From NCBI RefSeq assembly GCF_009914755.1, contig NC_060928.1: DNA of 64,000 nucleotides; one strand, written 5' to 3'. This DNA comes from the human T2T-CHM13v2.0 reference genome, Homo sapiens. The position numbers and the translations under genes are program-made. Positions 56,283-64,000 of this stretch are shown piece after piece; position 1 is the first letter of the stretch, and each line of letters starts with the position of its first letter. Below the pieces are notes generated by a model. It saw only the letters and a program-made list of their open reading frames with translations. It did not search any database and had not been told where the DNA came from.

Positions 56283-58329
56283 CATGTACACATATAAAAT
56301 AACTAATCAAAATTCTTTTTAAAAGTTTAGCTAATGTGATAGGCTAAAAAACAGCATGTTTTTGGAATTATAATTTACATTTCTTGTACAAGCAATATTT
56401 AGCATTTATCTCTCAATGTTTATTGGCAGTTTGTACTTCTCTGATTTAACTATTTATGTCCTTAGAACTTTATTTGTTCAGTTTTGTCATTTACTACATG
56501 TTTAAAATTTTTATACTGGGGACATTTTATACTCAGAGAAAAGGCACCTTTTTTTAAGTCTACAAAGACTAAAAAACAGTCATGAGATTGGTTTATTTTT
56601 GGAGATTTTCTCTATAATTAAACAATAAAAGTCAAGGCTAGAGATGTTAATTAAGAATAAGTTTGCAATGTGCCTTAAATCCCAAGCAGAGTAAATTGTA
56701 CTTTTATCACAGGGGCAATAGAGAGCAATTGAAAATTTTGAGTAGGAATGTAGTGAGATGAACACAGTGTTTATTATTATTTATTTGATAAAGGAAAAAT
56801 ATGTAGAAAAGGTTTATAACTATCCTCTGCCATTTGTTACCATATGGTGACCTGCTGTTTTCTCCCAAATTGCTCTATTACATTTATGTTTCCCTGGTGT
56901 TAAAAAGACTTCCGGGTATAGTAAAGAGTAATGGCCTAACACCAAGAAAATGGAAATTTGAGCTCCAGATTATAAATTTTGCTGCAGGTAAGGGCATGAA
57001 AATGAGAAACAATTTTTAAAAAGTGATGAGATGAGGTGCTTGAATAATTTAAAATGAGATGGGTCAAATCCTGCTACAAATAAAGTTTGCAGAATAATTG
57101 GGATGAGCAGCTGAAATTAGATTTTTCAAAATTTTTCTATGTCTGTAATTTGTGATTAAACTGCCATTAAAAAAGAACTATATACTTTCTTTTAAAAAAT
57201 AATATAAATTTGAAATAACCATAAATAGCTTTTAGTCTCTGCTCTTGATTTTTTTGATCCAAAAATAAATAGAGCATAAAATAAAGCTTTTATAGGCTAT
57301 TGTCCACTTTGTTTTTTCTACTTGCATCCTGAAAGTTGGAGGTGTAAGACATTTCAGGTCACTTCATTAGCCAACTCTTCCAGGAGGGTACTGTCTGGGC
57401 TGCTGCAATTTCTGGTCTCATTTCTCAGATCATGACTGCCTATGTGTATTCCTGACAGTCTAGCCACCTCTGGGACAGTAACTGTAAATCGCCAAAGACA
57501 CACCATTAAGGGGTATGTAGTACCAGCTTGAGAAAGGGGAACACATTGAAAAACGATGAAAGAAATAAATCCATTAATGCCCAGAAAATTTTTGGAGAAA
57601 GTAGTTCATTTTTTTTTCTCTTCCTCAAGTACAAAGGGTTTCAAAGTTTGGAGGACGGGACTATTTGGAATAGAAACGTACAAACTCTAAAACCAAGGAT
57701 GCTAAGGAATCATGACCTTAGTCTTGGGGAAAGGTTACCTTCTGGAGTTTTGGATGATGGAGGCTTTCTTGACTTTGAGATAGGTGTGAAGAAGCTTTGT
57801 GTAAGAAACACTTTTATTACTGATGCAAAAAATGTGGGGAACTCACTGCTTTAGACTTGCTCTAGAAGGAAAGTTAAGGGGCCTATGATCTCATTTGAAT
57901 TCTTTTGGTCTGGTAATGGGCATAGAAAAAGCATTTGGATTCTACGGGCAGCTTCTTGGTGATCCCTGATGAAAACTAGTGGCTGGCTGTGTTTTTGGCC
58001 CTTGGGGACAGCAGACAGTGGAAAGAGGGAAACGGACTCTTATATGTTTTAAAAAATTTGTCTTTTCTGGATTCAAATGCCTTGCTTCATGAGGTAATAC
58101 ACTATTACTAAGAAATTACTCAGACAATAATGAACACATTTAAATTATCATTATTATTAAATATGACACAGCAAACTTTCTAAAGGCTCCAGAAATACTT
58201 TCTTCTTGAGTAATATTTATTTCTAGACCAAAAATATGATTGAGTACTCATAAATTCCCAAGTGTGTCAAAGTAAAAACAAAACTGCTCAAACAAGATAA
58301 CATGACTCCAGCAGAAAGCAAATTAAAAA

Positions 58330-58520
58330 TGCATTTATTGAGCTTTGCTTATATGACTACATTTAAAAAATTTACTGCTGACAATAATTCTGTCAGTAAA
58401 GGACTAATATTCTCATTTTATAAATAAAAACCAGGAGACTCGCAGAGGTCAAGTGGCATCTAGGATACTGTTGGATGTGGGATTTCAACTTCTGACAATG
58501 ATCCAGTGGTGTTTCCACTG
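58330..58520 (-). mobile_element. MIR
   Basis: catttattgagc..ctcattttata..cagaggtcaagtg..gggatttcaac. Confidence 0.55.
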
Positions 58521-61500
58521 TACTAGAAACTTATGTGTGGAAATACACAAAGAATCTACAATATAGTCCACTGATTTTCATCTCAAACCTAAATTTTGGT
58601 GGGGTCAGAAGAATCAAAAGATCCTTTAATGCTAGTTCATAGCTGGGTGAGCAACTCCATTTTCATATATTTAACTTTAAATTTGTAACATTTTGTCAAA
58701 ATATTTTAATTTTTATATCTAAAAATAATATTTGTACTTGTGGTCATTAATTGAACATCAGTAATTATATTTCAAAGTTGAGTTTTAACTAAGAATTTTG
58801 ATTTGTTTACTTTGGGTAGATGGCATACTTGTATATGAATTGCATTTTTTTCAATCACCATCTAACATGATAATTTTCAGTAGGGCCAATGATGCTCACT
58901 TTCCCTGTAACAACACTCTAAGGCAGATTTGATTATTATAATTTCACAAAATAAGAAATGAAGCACAAAATAGTTAAATGACTAGATTCATGCTACTAGT
59001 GACACAGTTCAACCTGAAAGATGGTTTTATCGTAAATCAGATATTACCCACCTGGATGTCTTCAAGCTTATCCTGAATTCCCAGGCTACATTTTGCTTTA
59101 ATAACTAAACAGAATGGCTTGAATCCTATCTCATCTATTATGAGGAAGCTATATTCTTCTCAAATAATCCAGGTATTCTTTGGGTGTTTATGATTCTATG
59201 GTTACATCTTGCTTTGAACTCCTGATGACTCCAAATTCTTATCTCAATTGCCAGCTTCTGTCTAGCACAGGCATTATTGAATATGAGGCATTAGTGTCTC
59301 ACTGTGATGTGTTGTGATGAACTATACTGGGTGTAGTTCTCCACCATACCCATCACAGAGAATATACTACTGGGCACCTTTTGCTTCAGAGGCATGGCAT
59401 CTATCTTAAACTTCTCTGTCCTGAGAACCTTTTCCTACATCCAACCTTTCCTTTTCTCTCTGTCCCAAAACCTGTCTCCCACACGGAGAAAATAAATAAT
59501 TACTCTTCTTATTCATCATGTAAATAAATTCTTTGAGTGGTCTCCTATTTAGTCTATATATACAATTATTTATTTTAAGTAAAGGTATTAGATTGTTTTT
59601 TCCTAAACCTACAGGAGGTTCTCCCCTTATGAGGGATTCTGCCTACACAGTAGACATAGATTCAAATTTTATCTTTTTGTCATGTTGATATTGTATTTGG
59701 GCAGCTAGAGATTCCCTGATGGTCTTCTGGCTTGATTACACTCTTCGTGGCTTACAAGTTTTGTTTCCCAACCAATGTTTATCCTTTTTGTCCTTAATAA
59801 CAGAACTGTGATTTTGTGGAGGGGTAGAGGGTGAAGGGCTAGTAATACACTCTGTTGAAATATTGTTCTACTTGTGTGTCTTTAGCTGGTGGTAGGCATG
59901 TGGAATACTGCTGGTCAAAATGCTCTCAGATCCAAGCATAGGGACCTCTGCTCTGGGTTCCACATTTCAGAGAGCCCCATGTATCACAAACAGATAAAAA
60001 ATAAATGTGTTGAAGAGCACAAGTGCCTCTGTCACTCAGGATCTGTCATTGAGCATGGACACATCCTAGGCACCTGTTGTCATGACCGATAACTCTTCAG
60101 GCCTCAGGAAGTGTGGTATCCTTGTCCACATCTCATAGCATCTGTAGACAAAATAAAAACCAATTGTACTCAAATACTGGGAAGTATTGTGGGTTATGCT
60201 GCTGCTGACTTTGGAGATGAACTTTGTGGTGAAGCCAGGGAGTTAGAACAGCAGGAGTGCTTAGATAAGAAAAAAAATGAATTTCAGTTAAATTGATAAA
60301 TCCTTCTCATATGGCATAAGTGAAATCAATTCTTCCATGATAAAGTTTTGTTGAGTTTCTACTGTCTTGCTTCTTATTGTTCCTCTTGTTGTGATTCCAG
60401 AAGTAATTACTAATTAGTTCAGTATTTACAAGAGTTGCAGTTTTATGTATTAAAGAATGGACACTAAATTTATAGTTGAATATCTAGATCTAGTAGTAAT
60501 GTGTGAAGCATAATAACAATTAATAGCACCACTGTGTTAAAATTCCTTTTGTCAGTAACTTTCATGATAACAAATTTGCAAAATGTTTGCATTTAAAAAA
60601 TTTGAACGATTAGCAGCATCCCACACAAATAAACCCTCCTTTCTTCTTGAAACATTTATTTTTCTCTTTTGGATTTCCTCTCAGTTTTCTTCCTATCTCA
60701 TTTATTTTCAGTGTTATTTTTCTTCTATTACTAATTTCTGAATTTTGGCTACTGTTAGAGTTATTTTATGTTATATATATAATCTGATTCTGTTGATTTT
60801 ATCTAGTCTCATTACTTTAAGAATAATTGAGATAATACAGAGATCAGATTGTAAAATCAGGCTTAAAAGAATCAAATACCTTACTAACTATCAAAATTTA
60901 CTAATAATTTCATAGATACATGTCATTCCAGTTTAGTTTGCCCTAAGAAATCCAAGAATGAATATATTGTGATAAAAGCATTTTTTAGATAAGCACTTTC
61001 TTACTAGCAACTTTGTACATTTATCAGAAGTGCAATTGTACATGTGTACAAGGAGATTTCCCCGGTAATGCCTTCTTTCTTTTCCCAAGGGGTGTGCTCT
61101 GATGAAAGGAAAGAATGGATTGCAAACCTGCTGCTAACCCCTCTCTCCCAAACTAATGTTTGTATGTTTATATTGATGTCGGTATATTGATGTTAATTCC
61201 TCCCACATTAAATTTAGCTCTTTATGGTCAATGCCATATTTATTTGGTCTAGGATATGGTAGGCACTATCCTAGGTGCTGGATTGTGAAAGTAGATTAAG
61301 ACACAGTCTAAATCCTCATTTCTTCCTCATGAAGATGGTGTCTGAAAGATGGCAGTAGAAAACAAGGCATTAAGCCACAATCCTAAATATGCATATTTAA
61401 TTAACACTGGTGGTGCTTTGGGTTGAGGGGCATAGAAGCCACTCAATCTGTGGCACAAAATTACTTTGTATAAAAGACCAAATGGATTTACACTTTATAT

Positions 61501-61679
61501 TTATCCTTGACTCATATTTAAATTAGGTAAATGATTTTGCAGTCTGTATTTTTGTGACTGATTTATCTCATTATTTTAAAGTTAATAAACTTGAATGTTT
61601 CTTCATAGTTAATTATTTCATAGTTCATTGCATCTAGAACCAGGTGGTACAAAAGAAATTCAATAGATTTATCATAAAG

Positions 61680-62473
61680 TCCAGAGTCTAATCTAGTTTA
61701 GATATGGGAGAGACTCAAGGCACGATTCATCCTAAAGCAAATCCCTCCTTAGCTACGAGCCTGTGAAATCAAACAAGAATCTACTTCCAAAAACTAATTG
61801 TGGCACAGCCATAGGATAGACATTCGTATGCCAAATGAAAGAAATAGGCAAGAACAAAGGAGTAACTGGTCCCAAATGTGTCCAAAAGCCAGCAGGACAA
61901 ATGACATTAAATCTTAAGACTTCAGAATAATCTTTTACTCTATGCCCTGCCCTCTGGCCATACTAGGGCAGGGGTTGTGCCCCACAAAGCTTCAGGAAGC
62001 CCTGCCCTCAAGGCTTTGGTGGGCTCATTTCATGCATCAGCTCTCATGGGTTGGAGTCTCATGCATGCAGCTCTCACAGGGTGGTGCTGCATGTGAGTAG
62101 CTCTATGGTTCTGGGTTTTCAAGGGCAGCATCACCCCTGTGACTCCACTAGGCATTGCCCTAATGGAGATTCTCTTAGGTAGTTTTCCCCTGTGCAGATT
62201 TCTTCCTGGGCTCTCAGGCTATCAGATATAACCTTCAAAATATAGGTAGAGGTACCATGCCTTCACAGCTCATGAACTCTATGCACTTGTAAAATTAGCA
62301 CCATGTGGATACCACCAAATCTTACTTCTTGTGACCTCTAGTGCAGTGGACTGAGTTACACCTGGACCTGCTTGATACATGACTGGGGCAGGGAGCTGAG
62401 GGGTCCTGTGCTGGGATGCAAGGAATAAAGACTTGAAGTGGCCCTGGGCAACAAGCCTTCCAGTACTAATTTT
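61680..62473 (-). mobile_element. MaLR internal region (MST-int), partial
   Basis: gagactcaaggcacgattcatcct..gcctgtgaaatcaaacaag..gctctcatgggttggagt..ccactaggcattgccct, joining the LTR through ccagtactaattt. Confidence 0.82.
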
Positions 62474-62846
62474 TGTTATAGTGCATTTTGTGCTGCTATA
62501 ACATAATACCACAGACTGGGTAACTTATAATAAAAAGAAATTTATTGGCCCACAGTTATGGAAGCTGGGGTGCTGGTATCTGGCAAGAGCCTTCTTGCTG
62601 TGTCATAAAAGGCAGAAGAGCAAATAGGGAGGGGGAAAGAGAAAGAAAAAGGGAGAGAGAGAGTAAAAAGAAACCAAACTTCCCCTTTTATAAGAATCTC
62701 ACTCTGTGACAATGGCATTAATCCATTCATAAGAACAGCCCTGATGGCCTAAATACCTCTTATTAGGCCACACCTGCCAAAACTGTTGCATTGGGGATTA
62801 AGTTTCCAACACATGTTTTTTGGTGGGACCCATTTAAACCATAGCA
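62474..62846 (-). mobile_element. MST (C/D-like) LTR, 5' LTR of the adjacent internal segment
   Basis: gctgctataacataataccacagactgggtaa..ggcattaatccattcat..aagtttccaacacatg..aaaccatagca. Confidence 0.87.
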
Positions 62847-62884
62847 ATCATGTTTTCATTTTCTTTATTTTATAATACTTTGAC

Positions 62885-63401
62885 TTAGTGGAACCATGCA
62901 GACTTAAGAAGAAAATGCTCCTTCCAGGGCTAGGTAATTTCTAGAGATAGCAAATAACTTCCCTGCAAGCCCACCTTTCATATACAAACCAAGCAATTCA
63001 AAGTCCACGTTTCCAAACTCTTTTTTTTTTTTGTCAAACTTTCACACATCAATAGTCCCCCCACCCTAAATCACCCCAGGACCAGGTATTGGGCAACAAG
63101 AGAACATTTCTGCAGCTCACAGCCCACAAAAAGTTTTCAAACTATCCAATCTTAACCTTACTCAATATCTCTACCCTGCTTTGCCTGCTCCTCATGAAAG
63201 CTCCACTAAAGGCTCTGGTCTATGTTCCACTGATACTTGTTCTGTATCCTGACTGACCTTGCTAGCTGCCCATGTGGCCCTGTGTAATGTAGTGTGCCCT
63301 CTTCTCTTGGGACCTGTGAGTAATGAAACTTCCTTCAATTTAAACTCTCTATGTTCTCACTCAATCACCTTTAGAAATAAACCTCAAGCATAATCACAAC
63401 A
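62885..63401 (+). mobile_element. ERVL-type LTR (MER74/MER73-like)
   Basis: ttccagggctag..ctagagatagc..ccctaaatcaccccaggaccagg..ctcttgggacctgtgagtaat. Confidence 0.55.
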
Positions 63402-63499
63402 GACTCTCACACATATCCCTCTATTAAAACAATTTTTAAAAGATAACTAGACATCATCTTGTAAGTGTTTCCAATAAAAAATGTTCAGCTCTCATATAT

Positions 63500-64000
63500 C
63501 ATTGTGTTTCTTCAAAGGCCACTTTAGAAATATGGATTCTGGACCACAGCCTCACATACTCTCTTGATCTTCCTCTAGGCCACTTGTACCCATCCCCTTT
63601 CCTGGTTCTTATTGAGCACCTTGACCTCTAAACTTTAAAATTTGAAAATTTGAAGTTTTCAGCACTTGGCTTTCTTATCTTTTCCACTTACACTCTTTCT
63701 AGTTGATATTTATACTTTCAAGGCTTTAAAGTTCATCTCTACACTGATAAATTTATATCTCCAGGTCAGATCCCTCTCCTGAACGTCAGGCTTGTATATC
63801 AAATACTGTAGTCAGCATCACTTTGTAGTCTAAAAGACATTTCAAAGTAATATGTCCCAAAGTTAGCTTCTTAGAATTAATCATGTAATTATCTTAGATT
63901 ATTTTCCCCTGCCTCACTTTCACACCATCCATTAGTGAATTCTGGCTCTTCTTAACAGAATAGCTAGAGTGATCACTTTAATACTGAAATCATGTCACTC
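63500..64000 (+). mobile_element. L2 fragment
   Basis: catctctacactgat..aatttatatctccag..ctcctgaac..tagctagagtgatc..atcatgtcactc. Confidence 0.7.

Overview
Primate (catarrhine, human-like) non-coding genomic DNA. It is AT-rich, CpG-depleted and largely made of interspersed repeats: Alu, L1, L2, MIR, MaLR/ERVL/ERV1 LTRs, and Tigger, hAT and piggyBac DNA transposons. I can support no intact protein-coding gene, RNA gene or CpG island, and I found no convincing novel biological system. The most informative feature is an HSP90AA1-derived processed pseudogene (52228-53268) with a twin-priming structure: an inverted coding fragment, a large internal deletion, a sense 3' UTR with poly(A), and a 13-bp TSD. 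Also notable are a MER85 with an intact CSB-PGBD3 palindrome, full-length solo LTRs with perfect TSDs (including MLT2A), a near full-length Tigger1, small templated-insertion scars, and a few candidate splice and enhancer signals. Repeat subfamily names and parent-gene comparisons come from remembered consensus sequences, not from a search.
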